DNA of 64,000 nucleotides. Origin: Eledone cirrhosa. Lineage: Eukaryota. Each line of letters starts with the position of its first letter. The stretch's first letter is position 1. Below are positions 1 through 12,508 of this stretch, piece by piece. The position numbers and the translations under genes are program-made. The stretch lies in contig OZ024742.1 of NCBI GenBank assembly GCA_964016885.1, forward strand, positions 324,260,001-324,324,000, in the 5' to 3' direction. The notes under the pieces were generated by a model, which saw only the letters and a list, made by a program, of their open reading frames with translations, did no database searches and was not told the DNA's origin.

Positions 1-68
1 CGATTTAATCGATTTCCCCTCCCCCCTTCAAGTTGCTGGCCTTGTGCCTAAAGTAGAAACAATTATTT
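1..68 (+). mobile_element. 3' end of tRNA-derived SINE family A
   Basis: CGATTTAATCGA..CCCCTCCC..TTGCTGGCCTTGTGCCTAAAGTAGAAACAATTATT matches the 3' end of longer copies at 24.1, 27.0, 45.5 and 46.2 kb. Confidence 0.8.
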
Positions 69-263
69 TTAGCACGAACGACTATATCGAATTTTAGTCA
101 TTTTTCTAATACTTTAAATTTTCATAACGATTAGTAAACTTGCAAAGATATTAAAAAATCCGTCTTCAGATGTTTTGTGTTAAAATCAATTCAGGATGTT
201 AAGATAAATTTTAATTTTAAAAAGTGTGTTGACAATGTGGACAGTTTGGAAAGTTCTGAAATC

Positions 264-455
264 GAAACACGCACTCTGATGTCCTCGGCCCCAGGGCTAC
301 CTCCTTACTCACCACCATAGGCGCTGAGCTGGCCAGCCGCAGGTGTGAGCCCCGCGAGTTGGAGTGGCTTTTCCAGCGCGTCTCCCTTGCCGTCCTCCGG
401 GGAAACGCCTTCTCCATTCTGTCTGCCGGGGCTGTGGGTGGGCCCCATCGCGTAC
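264..455 (+). mobile_element. CRE-clade non-LTR retrotransposon, 3' fragment (C-terminus of restriction-like endonuclease)
   Basis: Translates to VLGPRATSLLTTIGAELASRRCEPRELEWLFQRVSLAVLRGNAFSIL; xLFQRxSxAxxRGNA is the typical CRE C-terminal motif; homologous DNA at about 28625-28700. Confidence 0.7.
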
Positions 456-879
456 CAATACATTAGTTAAATACCATTCTTTCATCGTTACAACTTATAT
501 CCACATTAATGACGTATTATCTTTGTTGTCCAATGAAACTTATGTTTATATTTTAAAGTAAAAAAAAAACCAAAAAACAAAAAAAAAAGTTTATTGGAGG
601 TTTGCCTGGAGGTAAACGACAAAGCAGGATTAAATAATCAAGACACTTGTTAAATTTAATGCGTAAAAGATACCAAGCAAGAGCCGCCAGAAAAAGAAAT
701 ATTATGAACAAATGCTCACAAATCTGATAGTTGTAAAATAATTCAAAAGTTTTGGGGCGTTAATCAATCCAGACCTTATACATATTTACACATAGAGACA
801 CGTACAAACACACGTACAAACACACGTACAAACACACAAATACTTGCAAACGCACACACATATCCACTAAAAGGAAAAT

Positions 880-1160
880 AAAACATCGCCACCAGGCTTG
901 AATTCCAAATTGAAAGCTGCAATTCCCACACCATCTCAGATATTCCTGGCTTTTGAAAATACCTATGGCGTTTCTTCAATTATTCTGAATGAATCGAAGC
1001 GAAACCTACTTCATTACACACCAATGCCTGATTAAACACAGTTTTATGTGCCAAACTCAACAATGGTTTTGGAATTCTGGAAGCTTCTATTCTCTTAGCT
1101 TTCAAAACAAGCCACACCAATCTCCTTACTTCCTGCATGCAGCATATTGAAAACGAGGTA
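880..1160 (-). pseudogene. Decayed APE endonuclease N-terminus of a LINE (RTE-like)
   Basis: Minus-strand frames contain ICCMQEVRR and DGVGIA (APE motifs) with stops and frameshifts. Confidence 0.4.
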
Positions 1161-1716
1161 GTTTTTAGCCAACGTATGATAAAGCTATGCTAGCCAAAAA
1201 TTTAATTATCTATAATGGACTTTCCTTAAAGGAAACTTTTGCTCATTAAGAAGTGGATGTTCTTGGGAAAATAAATAAACCATGACTCTATTCGATCAAC
1301 AGACCAATCAATCAAATGACTAATCGAAGATGAGTAAAAAACAGAACTACATTTATGTTGAGGTCAAGTGAGGTTGCGATGACATAGCATTGTTGATATT
1401 TCTAACCACTAGACACGTATGCGTATATGTGTGTGCGTATGTGTGTGTGTGTTTGTAGATTGTACACACAAGTGTAGTGAATGTTAGACGCTTTTTTATG
1501 TAGTTTGTCATCACCCCTTCCTTTCTCAATCATCTCTAGTGCGTGACGTCATCACAAGTCGCTGAAATTTATATATAAATTCTGAAAATAATCGTTGAGG
1601 TGATGTAATGATCGTTGTTGTTGCTGAAAATCTGTAATCAAAGATGTTCTAGTTATGTATTAAATGTGTCCCTTTTTTATAAATGATTTTTGTAGAGGCT
1701 TACTTCGGTTATGTTT

Positions 1717-2164
1717 ACATCCTACCAGTTGTGTTATATGGTCTTGACTGTGTTAATTGGACGACAAAGTCACTTCAGAAGCTCTCGACATTCAAGAACC
1801 ACATCATGAGACTTATGACTGGCAAGCGGCTCAGCGACTGTATCTGTATCAGTGAGCTGCGCAACATTACCAAACTTAGACCAATTACATCAAATGTCAA
1901 GTCAAGAGTACTCAAACTATACGGTCATATAAAAAATCAACTCGTGGTGTAAGGAGGGTATGCCTGGAAGGAAGGTTGGCTGGTAAGAAAAGCAGAAGCC
2001 GGCAGCCAAAGCGATAGCTTGATAATGTCAACTTATGAACTGGACTTGATTGTCATTCTTTAAACTCTGCTGCTGGTGATCGAACTTTGTGGAGAAAAAT
2101 ATCTCATGTTGATGCACAGTCTGCAACTGGCAGAGTTTAGTGTCTCAAGAAAGAAGAAGAAGAG
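1717..2164 (+). mobile_element. RTE-clade LINE 3' fragment with (GAA)n tail
   Basis: ILPVVLYGLDCVNWT..KLSTF..RVLKLYGHI..EGRLAGKKSRSRQPKR..DRTLWRK, then stop and AAGAAGAAG tail. Confidence 0.75.
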
Positions 2165-2579
2165 AATTCGGTTATGTTTACACATGGAAATTTCTCCTCA
2201 AACGCACAGGTCTAGGCAAGGTTCATTTTTTGTGGAAGATCATAAGCCTTCCACACATGCGCGTCTCTCATCTCCACCTCATTGATGTTGTTCAAGGGTA
2301 GCCAAAAGCCGATACAGCTTTGCATCTGTGATGTGGCAGGCGATTTCAGAAAGCAATGGGTCAAAAGAAATACTACTCTAACAAATCCGCCAAGCCTCTG
2401 TGGCAATGAGCAGAAAAAAATACTGCTCTAGCAAACCCGCCAATCCTTTATACTAGACTGGTACTTTATTTGTCGACCCCGAAATGATGACCTAGATACA
2501 ATGTGAATTCGGAGCGCAAAGAACCGGAACAAATACTACGGCGCTCTAACGACTGCTAATTCACAGTAGTATGGTATCA

Positions 2580-2730
2580 TTCGGTGTCACGCGGAATCCC
2601 CCAGAGAACTACGTTAAGGATACTCGTGTCTGCGGAATGCTCAGCCACTTGCACGTTAATTTCACGCACAGGCTGTTCCGTTGATCGGATCAATTGGAAC
2701 ATTCGTCGTCGTAACCGACGGAGTGCCTCC
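2580..2730 (+). mobile_element. 3' portion of SINE family B
   Basis: GAGAACTACGTTAAGG..CTCAGCCACTTGCACGTTAATT..CGACGGAG is homologous to about 3890-4000 and 7370-7500. Confidence 0.6.
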
Positions 2731-3221
2731 AATTTGGCTGCTATATCCAGCAGGTCGAATGACTACATAGAGGCTCTTGATTTCACTGGCAGGTGTAATG
2801 GTGTATACATAAAATGAATGTATACAACACAACTAATAAATCAATGATTTATTAGTGTTTCAGTGAATTTAGCAATAGACGGCTGCCAACCAATAAATAC
2901 AGAACAGTATTTCTTACTGCTATCAAATCTAGTAAACTTTAACTACTTTGTAGCCAGTTAAATCAAACACATACTATCACATTCACGTTTATTTATGTTT
3001 TATCACTTGATAGCATTGTATGCTATGACGCACCAAAACATTTTGTCGTGCATCTACAACTTGAGCATCGAGATAATACTTCTGATACTAACCAGTTCAA
3101 AACTGTTTCCTTCTATTATACAAAGATATTTGTTTTAGAGTGCTTTTATTTATGTAAAAAAAAACCTCCATCATAATTTTATGCAGTCTTTGTTAAGTTG
3201 CGTACCAAACACCCACTTAAT

Positions 3222-3420
3222 AAGGCCAACAATTTTGGGGGAAGGGAAAGTCGATTAAATCGACCTCAGTGCATTACTGGTACTTTATTTTATCGAATCC
3301 ATAAAGTTGAAGAGCAAAGCTAACCTTGGCGGGATTTGAATTCAGAACGTAAAGGGCCATAACTCTATGCCGCTAAGCATGTTGTCTGATGCTCTACCGA
3401 TTTTGCCAATCCACCGCCCT
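3222..3420 (-). mobile_element. SINE family A (near full length)
   Basis: Reverse complement reads GGCGGTGGATTGGCAAAATCGGTAGAGC (A box)..GAATTCAAATCCCG (B box)..ATAAAATAAAGTACCAG. Confidence 0.8.
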
Positions 3421-3680
3421 CAAATTCCCACTTAATAATGAGTAAGTTAGTTATATTACTAAATGCATTCAAATTCTTGATTACTTTCAAAATGATTTGA
3501 GGCAGTCTTTCATTAGAGATGTAGCAACGAATGGAGATAACGGCACTGCATCCAGTGTCAGAGAGCAGCTCGTTGATGTGAGCGAAATCTTTTAGACACA
3601 TAGTCACTGTTTTAGACATTATTGTATCAAGCCATGAAATGAAAAGAAGTGAATGTAATAGCATGTGTGTTCTGTGGATG

Positions 3681-4005
3681 CAGGCATGGCTGAGTGGTAA
3701 ACAAGGTCACTTCACAATCATGAGGTCGCAGGTTCGATTCCACTGTGTAGCATCATGAGCAAGTGTCGTTACCATAACCTCGGGACAACTCAATCCTTGT
3801 GAATATAATTGGGTACAAAGATATTGTGTTGAGAACCACGTCCGTTGGATTTTACCTTATCGCACACTCTATCACTCTGATTCTGTCTCAGAATTAAGTT
3901 AAGGCTGCCCGTACCTGTAGAATACTCAACCAACCACTTACACGTTAATTCACGTTCAGTTTATCGAACGACTGAATGTTCATCGTCAAAACCGACGGAG
4001 AATCC
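3681..4005 (+). mobile_element. tRNA-derived SINE family B
   Basis: TGGCTGAGTGG A box, GGTTCGATTCC B box, then GCAAGTGTC..CCATAACCTCGGG core; second copy at about 7145-7505. Confidence 0.75.
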
Positions 4006-4512
4006 ATCATCTTCTACGCATTGTGTATGGGTCATATACACCTTTCTTCTGAATCACGTCATGTTAGTGCTATCATCAATTTCTTCTTTCTGTAATTCAA
4101 AAGATTTTGCTAGCATGAAAAAAGAAAATTATACCCCCCCCCCCCCCCAAAAAAAAAACCCCAAAAAAACCCCACACTCACACAAAAAACAACAAAAATC
4201 CCCTTTATGGAAAAACCGGATGTTTTGATTTGAAGATTAAACATTTTCATTTTGTGATGTAAATTTATTATCACAGAGTGAATAGAATATACACATGTAC
4301 ATGTCTTATACAATATCACTTTCCAATTTGAACAGCAATTTATTTGAGCAAACATATCGACTTCTGCTTAACTCTGCTAATATTTCAAACATTCTTTTCT
4401 ACAATTGTTTATTTAATAGAGAAAGAAATCTGTTTCGTTGCTTTAGCTTTTTCCTCACTCTCTCTTCTTCCATTCTGTTACCCTCTTTCTTTTCTTGATA
4501 TCCTTTTCCTCT

Positions 4513-4547
<35 letters not shown>

Positions 4548-4659
4548 GTTCTGTTCTGTCCTTTCTTTCTTTCTTTTTTTCCTTCTCTCTTTCTTTCTTT
4601 TCTTTCTTTCTTTTATCTTTCTGAATTATTCTCGTCTTCTTGTTCATGTTCTCCGCCAT

Positions 4660-4767
4660 TTTCTTCTTCTTCTTCTTCTTCTTCTTCTTCTTCTTCTTCT
4701 TCTTCTTCTTCTTCTTCTTCTTCTTCTTCTTCTTCTTCTTCTTCTTCTTCTTCTTCTTCTTCTTCTT

Positions 4768-4797
<30 letters not shown>
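4660..4797. repeat. (TTC)n microsatellite
   Basis: Direct reading; source of the poly-S/L/F/K/R ORFs. Confidence 0.98.
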
Positions 4798-4800
<3 letters not shown>

Positions 4801-5046
4801 AAAGTCAATAACGAAATCAATAAATACGTATGCGCATACACACACACATATATACATATATGCATACATACACACCCATCCATCCATATATACATACATA
4901 CATACATACACACATAGATGCATATATAGAATCAACAGTAACATAAAATCACACCCGGACGGACACACATACATACATATATTCGAAGTTGTGTTTGCGT
5001 GAATTTCTCAAGCAACTGAACAGCCATACCCATGAACGGTACAGAA

Positions 5047-5581
5047 TCTTACCTATAATAAAGAAAGGAGTGCGGGATTGCGTCCAGAATATATTTTTTT
5101 ACCCCGTTTGAAAAATAAGTTGGATTACTTTGAATAAATAATGAATGAATATTACATAATTTATGTGCTAAATTTCGTGGCTGTTGATTAAATATATTTT
5201 ATAGCTTATTTTTTAAATAAGCTATAAAATATATTTAATCACTTCTTCATAAAATTCACTTCTTTAAAATTTTAAAATGTCAACACTTCCGGTTAGCGGC
5301 CGTTATATTATAACACTTATAAAAATATCGCATATATTTCCGTCGCTAATTTTCTCCTAATGCAGTTTATATATAATGTCGTCTTTTTTTAAATCTATCA
5401 TGGATTACATTACTGATTACAGAAGACAGTGTAACACAGACTTCGTTCAATTTCTGTGTATATTGTCAATTACGATTTTATTTGATGTACCATATCTACA
5501 TGCATATATATTTGTGTATAATATCAATATATCACTACACATGCTAGCAGAAAACCACCCGTAGGGTGGTTTTTCTGCTAC
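5047..5581 (+). mobile_element. Putative non-autonomous Helitron
   Basis: A|TCTTACCTATAATAAAG 5' end; GC-rich hairpin CCACCC-GTA-GGGTGG shortly before CTAC|T; AT target and no TSD; terminus is CTAC rather than the canonical CTRR. Confidence 0.4.
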
Positions 5582-5834
5582 TACACAATAATATATGTGT
5601 GTATATATATATATATATCCAATCCGATCCAGGGCTTTCTCACTCTTGTTGGAGGAACCCCTTCCTTGTTGACCCTTCACCGCTTTCTGTTTGGTTTTGG
5701 TCGTGTCAGGCGTGTAGCCATACTCGCCACGCTTGGCCAATTGCGGTTTAGTGAGACTATTTAAACCATAGTTGGTCATCGGCCCTTTTAATAGCTCTTG
5801 TTTTTTGTGCTGCTGGGGTTCCACTTACAACAGA

Positions 5835-6202
5835 GAATTGTGTCATTAACATAGAAAGAAAGCTGAGAAAATCTGTCAGCGGGAAGATCATTGATGATAA
5901 TTAAAACAGTATAGGACTCGGGATAGGGATTTGAGGAACCTCTACTTTAACGAGAAAAGACTTAGAAGAAGGATAATTCAGAACAATCTTCAGTTCGCGA
6001 CTTGATGAGAAAGACTCAGTTTGAAAATCCGCCCATGAACACCATGACGCCCGCCAAAAGCCTTGAAAATATTTAAGGCAACATCCCTAGCTTCAGCAGA
6101 TTTATCTAAAGCATAGAATACTCTCACAATATTAACTCTTAAGACATCAGCAGTAAATCATGAGTGTTTATCTGTAATAAGACACCAACATTCCGTTTAC
6201 TT

Positions 6203-6205
<3 letters not shown>
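5835..6205 (-). pseudogene. Decayed CR1-group (CR1/L2-like) LINE reverse transcriptase fragment
   Basis: Minus-strand frames give LITDK..TADVL..ALDKSAEARDVALNIFKAF..SFSSSRELKIVLN..VPQ..SPILF / LIIINDLP..FYVNDT. Confidence 0.65.
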
Positions 6206-6275
<70 letters not shown>

Positions 6276-6280
<5 letters not shown>

Positions 6281-6983
6281 TATTGAAGTTTGCTTGAAGC
6301 ATTGTGGAACAATAAGTAAATATCTTTAAGTCGTTTGGAAGCCTCGATAATGCAAATGGGTAAATCTCCGGGTAACAAGGTCCGGTGGTGGAGAGAGAGA
6401 TGTAAGTGGGTGTACGTTGAGATGCGTGGTGTGTATAAGATGTGTGAGATGTGTAGAATGAAGGGAAGAGTATAAAGGATAAAAATAAAAATAACAACAC
6501 AAGAGAGAGTTACCTTGGGAGAGATTTAATAGTCCCTATATGTTTCGGATTCACATCCATCAACTGGGTTTTTTTTCCGGGGTGGGGGAAAAGGTTGTCT
6601 GTCGGACAAGTCCGAAACGCGTCTTTCGCTGTTTGTTGTTTTGAATATCGATATTCAAAACAACAAACAGCGAAAGACGCGTTTCGGACTTGTCCGACAG
6701 ACAACCTTTTCCCCCACCCCGGAAAAAACCCCCAGTTGATGGATGTGAATCCGAAATATATAGGGACTATTAAATCTCTCCCAAGGTAACTCTCTCTTGT
6801 GTTGTTATTTTTATTTTTATCCTTTATACTCTTCCCTTCATTCTACACATCTCACACATCTTATACACACCACGCATCTCAACGTACACCCACTTACACC
6901 TCTCTCTCCACCACCGGACCTTGTTACCCGGAGATTTACCCATTTGCATTGTCGAGGCTTCCAAACGACTTAAAGATATTTAC
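6276..6983. repeat. Spacerless palindrome with 334-bp arms (6316-6649 / 6650-6983) plus a 40-nt tail on the left arm, in (TA)n; probable fold-back PLE terminus
   Basis: Centre AATATC|GATATT at 6649/6650; near-identical translations on both strands in the ORF track; hammerhead-like remnant at 6730-6765. Confidence 0.9.
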
Positions 6984-7144
6984 ATATATATATATGCAAA
7001 GTAAAGGGAATGTTGGTGTTAGCAGTGTTGCTTTGTTATATCTAGAAGCAACCTTATACAAATATTTAAAGAATCTTAAAAAAAAAAAAATAATAGTCAT
7101 ACATAAGAAGTATATCATTTTACGTAATTTGTATATCAAGAATA

Positions 7145-7505
7145 ATGGTCGTACTCTCACCGAACGGTTCAGAGGTTCACCTTAAAACCATGAGGCTCTA
7201 GGTTTGGTCCCAATACGTGGTATTTTGTGCCAGTGTCTTTTACCATAACCTTGTGTCATTCCATCCCTTGTGAATGAAATTGAGTTGATTGTCTGCTTGG
7301 AAGCCCATCGTACGGATTATACTCGTAATTCAAAGTGTCAAACTTGTCATAGACTGAATCGTGTGGAATCTCCCAAAGAATTATGTTAAGGGTGCACATC
7401 TCCGCGCCTGTAGAATTCTCAGCTACTTTCACGTTAATTTGACGAGTAGGCCGTGCCATTGACCGAACGAATGGAACCCACATAGTGGAAATCAACAGAT
7501 ATCCA
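7145..7505 (+). mobile_element. SINE family B, diverged copy
   Basis: Collinear with 3681-4005. Confidence 0.6.
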
Positions 7506-8143
7506 CATATCTTTTACAACAAGAATAATGTCCGTTAGTAGAGGAGCAGCGGACATCCACATATATTTTACATCAAGAAGAATGTCCGTCGGTAGAGGTA
7601 ATAAACATGTGTTTAACTCATCAAAACTGTAAAGCTAAAATGATAATTACAATCTCCCAAAACGTTACGCCAAAAATCTTTAACAAGACCATTTTAATAC
7701 TTTTTGTTCATAAAAAACAACTTAACCCCTATTTCTTTTTCAAACCTGATGTTAACGAAGAGATATTTAAAATTAATTGATATGTCAATGCAACAAGTTT
7801 ATTACAATTCAGTGAAAGAACATCCTTACATTCAGCGCAAAAAATGCTTTTGCTAATTTGGTTTTGCCGTCACTTTCACTGCGTAACCAATCACAGTTGA
7901 TTCAATCTTTGAATTAACCACAAGGTTAAGCATTTTAGGACGAGTAATGAACCTTATTCTATTCATCTTACTTTGTTGACAACAACAACAACAAACAAAA
8001 TTTCTATTAAATATTGAAATGTTTATTAGCCATTTTCTGATAGCAAATCAGTAAAATCCATTAAAAGCAGCTAATTGTCAGAACTTTTGGAGCGAATGAC
8101 ACAGAAATTGTGATATATATATATATTTATATATATATATATA

Positions 8144-8338
8144 TAGGAAAAAGTATGACCCCGACGGCAGAGCTCAAGCCGTTTCGACGGCTATTTCTGG
8201 ACTCCAGAAATAGCCGTCGAAACGGCTTGAGCTCTGCCGTCGGGGCCATACTTTTTCCTATTTCCCACTCTACTACCCTAAGTATTGAGTACTCTGGTGC
8301 GTTATGGTCCATCTAGTTCATTACCACAATTCCTTTGT

Positions 8339-8340
<2 letters not shown>
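8144..8340. mobile_element. Fold-back 3' terminus of the Naiad-type PLE family (palindrome 8144-8260 plus tail)
   Basis: Homologous to 15841-15980 and 42475-42612; flanked by (TA)n. Confidence 0.85.
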
Positions 8341-8374
<34 letters not shown>

Positions 8375-8463
8375 TATATATATATGGTCTGGAATTAGCT
8401 GCCGAAGCGGCAAGAGCTCAGTCGTCGGGCTGCCACGACTCTCTCTTATATATATATATATAT

Positions 8464-8539
<76 letters not shown>

Positions 8540-9920
8540 AAGAGAAAGAGAAAAAGAAGGAGACAGAGTGTGCTAGAGATAGAGGATGAGACTGGTGTAG
8601 ATATATAGAGAAATCAAGACAAGTGTAAATTTAAAGAGAAAGTGGGACAAGTGAAGTGGCACAGAGTTGCTAGAGTGTAAGACAAAATTCCTTGGTCTAA
8701 TTGTTCTGGGTGACTGAACACCGAGTTCAAAATCCCGCCATGGTTAACTTTCATCATATTTTTGGAGTTTGCTTCTCAACCGAACATTTATTTCACCTTA
8801 TCCAAATAAAATCTTGCCAGAGTCAACTTGGCCTTTAATTCTTTGGGTGCCGATAGAAATAAAATATCATTAAAAGATGGCAGATTGGCAGAATTGATAG
8901 AACATCGAACGAGATTCCTTGCGTTTTAAGTTCAAATCCCATTGTGGTCTAGATGAAAGATAGATTTAACCTATCGCTCAGTTTAACATTACCATCTGGC
9001 CCTTGGGTGCCTTTAATCAGTTTGACTTCGATCTGTTTAAAGCATTTGAAATAGATCTCTTATTTGAGGATACCTTGTTCTCTCTATTCTTCCGACTAGT
9101 TTTAGAGGAGCTGAAAAAGGGTCATATATACTGTCTTTTTCTTCTCGTTTTCGCCGAGTTAACGTCCTGTGATCGCTAGTGCTTAATTTTGCAGCTGGAA
9201 ATATATCATGAAATGAAGTGCTTTCTCTCTCTCGGTCTCGAAATAAAACACACTACATCACGATCGTGAGACCAATACTCTAACTACTTGGCCGCGTGCC
9301 TTCTCCGACTAAGCAATAAACCAACAACAACAAAAAAAAAAAAAGTAATGATGGTCTTGCGTAGACAAATAGTAAGTACAAATAGTTCAAACTATAGAAT
9401 ACATTTTATGACGCTAAGCAAAGTCTAACATTTCCGGGGTGGGGGGGTGGGGGGGGGGGGGTGGGGGATCATTGCTCATCACCGTTCTTCATCTAATATT
9501 TTTGTCGGGAATGGTAGACAACTCTTCTCATTCATTGCATATCATGTATTCCGTTATTTGAATACTTTTCAATTAACTCGTGATAGGTAAAGAATTCCGT
9601 TTAGCCTTAACAGAGTAATTCGCGAAATATTTAAGAGAATAGAAATATACAATTTCTCGTTGTATGTGATATAATATGATATCCATGAGACATATATATT
9701 GCTTTTAGCAGCCAACAGAGGGAAATTTGCATCAATTTAAAAGGGCATACCACCCATAAAACTCTTAAATATTGTGGCCATTAATTGACATGCACTGTAT
9801 GTAACAAGACACGCGTATCTACGTTGGCTTGATTGAGATTGTCTGTATAGCAATTTAGACGATTCATTTTCATCAACCCAACTGTCCCCTGTATCTATCT
9901 ATCTATCTACCTATTTATCT

Positions 9921-10772
9921 CCACTTCGACATTCTATAGAGGGTTAGTACGTTACAAAGGCGACGATGTGCTCGGAGAGACTCTAGACGTCGAAGACGAC
10001 AAGCTCACCAGTCTGTTTGGTAGGACTTTCCACTCGGGACCCATGGACAACTTTCAGAGGTCCCTGGCCTGGCAGTGCTTCCGAGGAGCTCTACCAGTTC
10101 GAGACAAGATCTACAGGCACGGACGCCCCGGCAGAGATCCTTCCAAGAGGACGTGTCCAAGATGCGAGTAGGGCATTGAAGCCGTCTTGCACGCAATTGT
10201 ACACTGCCCCCGGGCGTAACCGACCTGTGGAACTACGCAGAACAACTACTGTCACGTATGGGACAAATCCAGTTGACTGCCGAGTCCATAATAAGGATCA
10301 AACCGCCAACTTCTTTCAAAAACGAAAGAGAGACTGTTTTCCTCTGTATAGTGGCTATGGTAAAAGAGATTGCCTTTCTCTCCGGACAACAACTCATTCC
10401 ATTCTTTAGGTACCACTTTAGAAGGAGAATCAGAGTGGAGAGAGAGGCACTACACCCCAGTAAATTTACTGAAAGGTGGGTGAATGTAGCAAAAATGGCC
10501 CGAGTGATTGGGCCTTCTCTGTATATAAACCTGTAAGTTGAAGATGAGAGCAAATGGAGGAAAGAAGCACTTGCACAACACGCTCCTAAAGTTGAGGGTT
10601 GTTCTATCTACGGGGTATTAAACAACCCATTTGTAACGCCTTCCCCCTATTGGGGATTTCGATTGTTGAATTTGCTTGTTTCAATATTTTTACACGACTG
10701 TATGTAAAATCCCCGGCATATGTCCTTGTATTGACCCCGTTTCTTGTGCGCCCTTGTGGCAAATAAAGAAAT
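9921..10772 (+). mobile_element. Tx1/L1-clade LINE, 5'-truncated copy A
   Basis: ORF2 C-terminus LAWQCFRGALPV..CPRC..E..LHAIVHCP (zf-RVT/CCHC); AATAAA then (TATC)n. Confidence 0.85.
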
Positions 10773-10775
10773 ATA

Positions 10776-10806
<31 letters not shown>

Positions 10807-10810
10807 ATCT

Positions 10811-12343
10811 CACAGGAACGAAGCTGAACCGGGACAAGTCCATCGGTTTGCAACTCGGATCGTGGAGAGGCAAACCGATGCCTTCCGATGACGTCATCGG
10901 ACGATCGACGGAAGGACCGGTAAAGCTGCTCGGGGTCTGGTTTGGTCCGGACCTCCAGGTGGAGAAGAACTGGAACGAGGTGACGGACAAGGTGTTTGCA
11001 CTCACCCAGAAGTGAGCCGAGTGCAAACTATCCTTGAAAGGTCGAGCGGAGGTGGCGAACACTTTTATAGCGTCTGTCATCTACTACCGCTTGACCGTCG
11101 TAACTTGTCCAGCGAAAACGCTCACCAAAATGGATCGCGCGCTCTTCCAATTCCTTTGGCAGAAGCGGGCTCCTTTGGTGAGAAGATCCATCTGCTGCTA
11201 ACACCCTTCCAACGGAGGGCTGGGGGTGCCGTGGCTGATGATGCACAAACACGCGCTCAGGCTGCGGCATCTCTACGTATTCCTCACCGGACAACCGGTG
11301 TGGGCCCCGTTCGTGAGGCGAGCCTCCCCACGACTCGTCTCGCTGACCGAGCTGCAGTCCTGGGTCAAGCAAAGACCGAGGAAAATGGGTGACTGGCACA
11401 TCGAATGTGCTCAGGCGCTCACAGCCCTCTGGCAGGCGGACCCGGCGATCAGTGGAGACTCCACTTCGTCATTCTATAGAGGATTGATCCGCAGCAAGTG
11501 CGACGACGCGATCTAGAAACTATAGGCGTAGAGGAAGACGAACTGGCCAGTCTGTTCGGTAGGACCTTCCTCCCGGGACCGATGGACAACTTCCAAAAGT
11601 CCCTGGCCTGGCATTGCTTCCGAGGAGCTCTACCAGTTCGAGACAAGCTCTACAGACATGGGCGCCCGGGCAGAGACCCTTCGAAAAAGATCTGTCCGAG
11701 ATGCGTGCGAGACGAAGAAACCGGCGCGCACGCATTCATACACTGCCCGGGCGTTACCGACCTGTGGGGCTATGTAGAACGACTATTGTCGCGTTGGGAC
11801 CAATCCGGTTGACCACCGAGTCCATTGTCATGATCAAACCACCACCCTCCTTCAAAAACGAAGGAGAGGCGGTTTTCTTCTGTGATAGCTATGGCGAAAG
11901 AGGTTGTATGGTGGACAAGGTTGAAAGGGCTGAGGTCAGACACCTTTCTCTCCGGCGAACAACTGATTCTTTTTTTCAAATACCACTTTGGAAGAAGAAT
12001 CAGGATAGAGAGAGAGGTGCTGTACCCCAGCAAGTTTTATGAAAGGTGGGTGAAAGTGGCGAGAATGGCCAGAGTGAATGGGCCTTCTCTCTATATCAGC
12101 CTGTAGGTTGAGGAAAAAGAGGAAGAGAGGAAGGGGGTACAAACTCTTCGTACTCCTGGAGATGAGGGTTGCACATGTTTTTCGAGGGTATGTGTTACCC
12201 ATATGAAATGTCTCTCCCTATTGGGGAAAATCGATTAACTTTTAAATTGTATTTGTGATAATATTTTACACGTTTTTATTGTATGTAAACTTCCCCCTTT
12301 GTATTTGTCCCCTTCTTTTGACCCCTGTGGCTAATAAAGGAAC
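10811..12343 (+). mobile_element. Tx1/L1-clade LINE, 5'-truncated copy B (frameshifted)
   Basis: VKLLGVWFG..LSLKGRAEVANTFIASVIYYRL..GGLGVP..CPRC..E..AHAFIHC; ends AATAAAGGAAC then (TATC)n. Confidence 0.9.
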
Positions 12344-12369
12344 ATATCTATCTATCTATCTATCTATCG

Positions 12370-12418
<49 letters not shown>

Positions 12419-12432
12419 CATATCTATCTAGC

Positions 12433-12508
<76 letters not shown>

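Noticed and set aside
3430-3664. hAT dimerisation-domain remnant (..NERL..LKVIKN..)
   Set aside because: Similarity too weak to support without an HMM search
3681-3745. tRNA gene
   Set aside because: A/B boxes run into a SINE body repeated at 7.1 kb; no complete cloverleaf
7497-7599. Tandem duplication of about 55 bp
   Set aside because: Simple local duplication at a SINE 3' flank; no further structure
9765-9800. Tc1-like TIR (TACAGTGCATGTCAATTAATGGCCAC on the minus strand)
   Set aside because: Partner TIR not found
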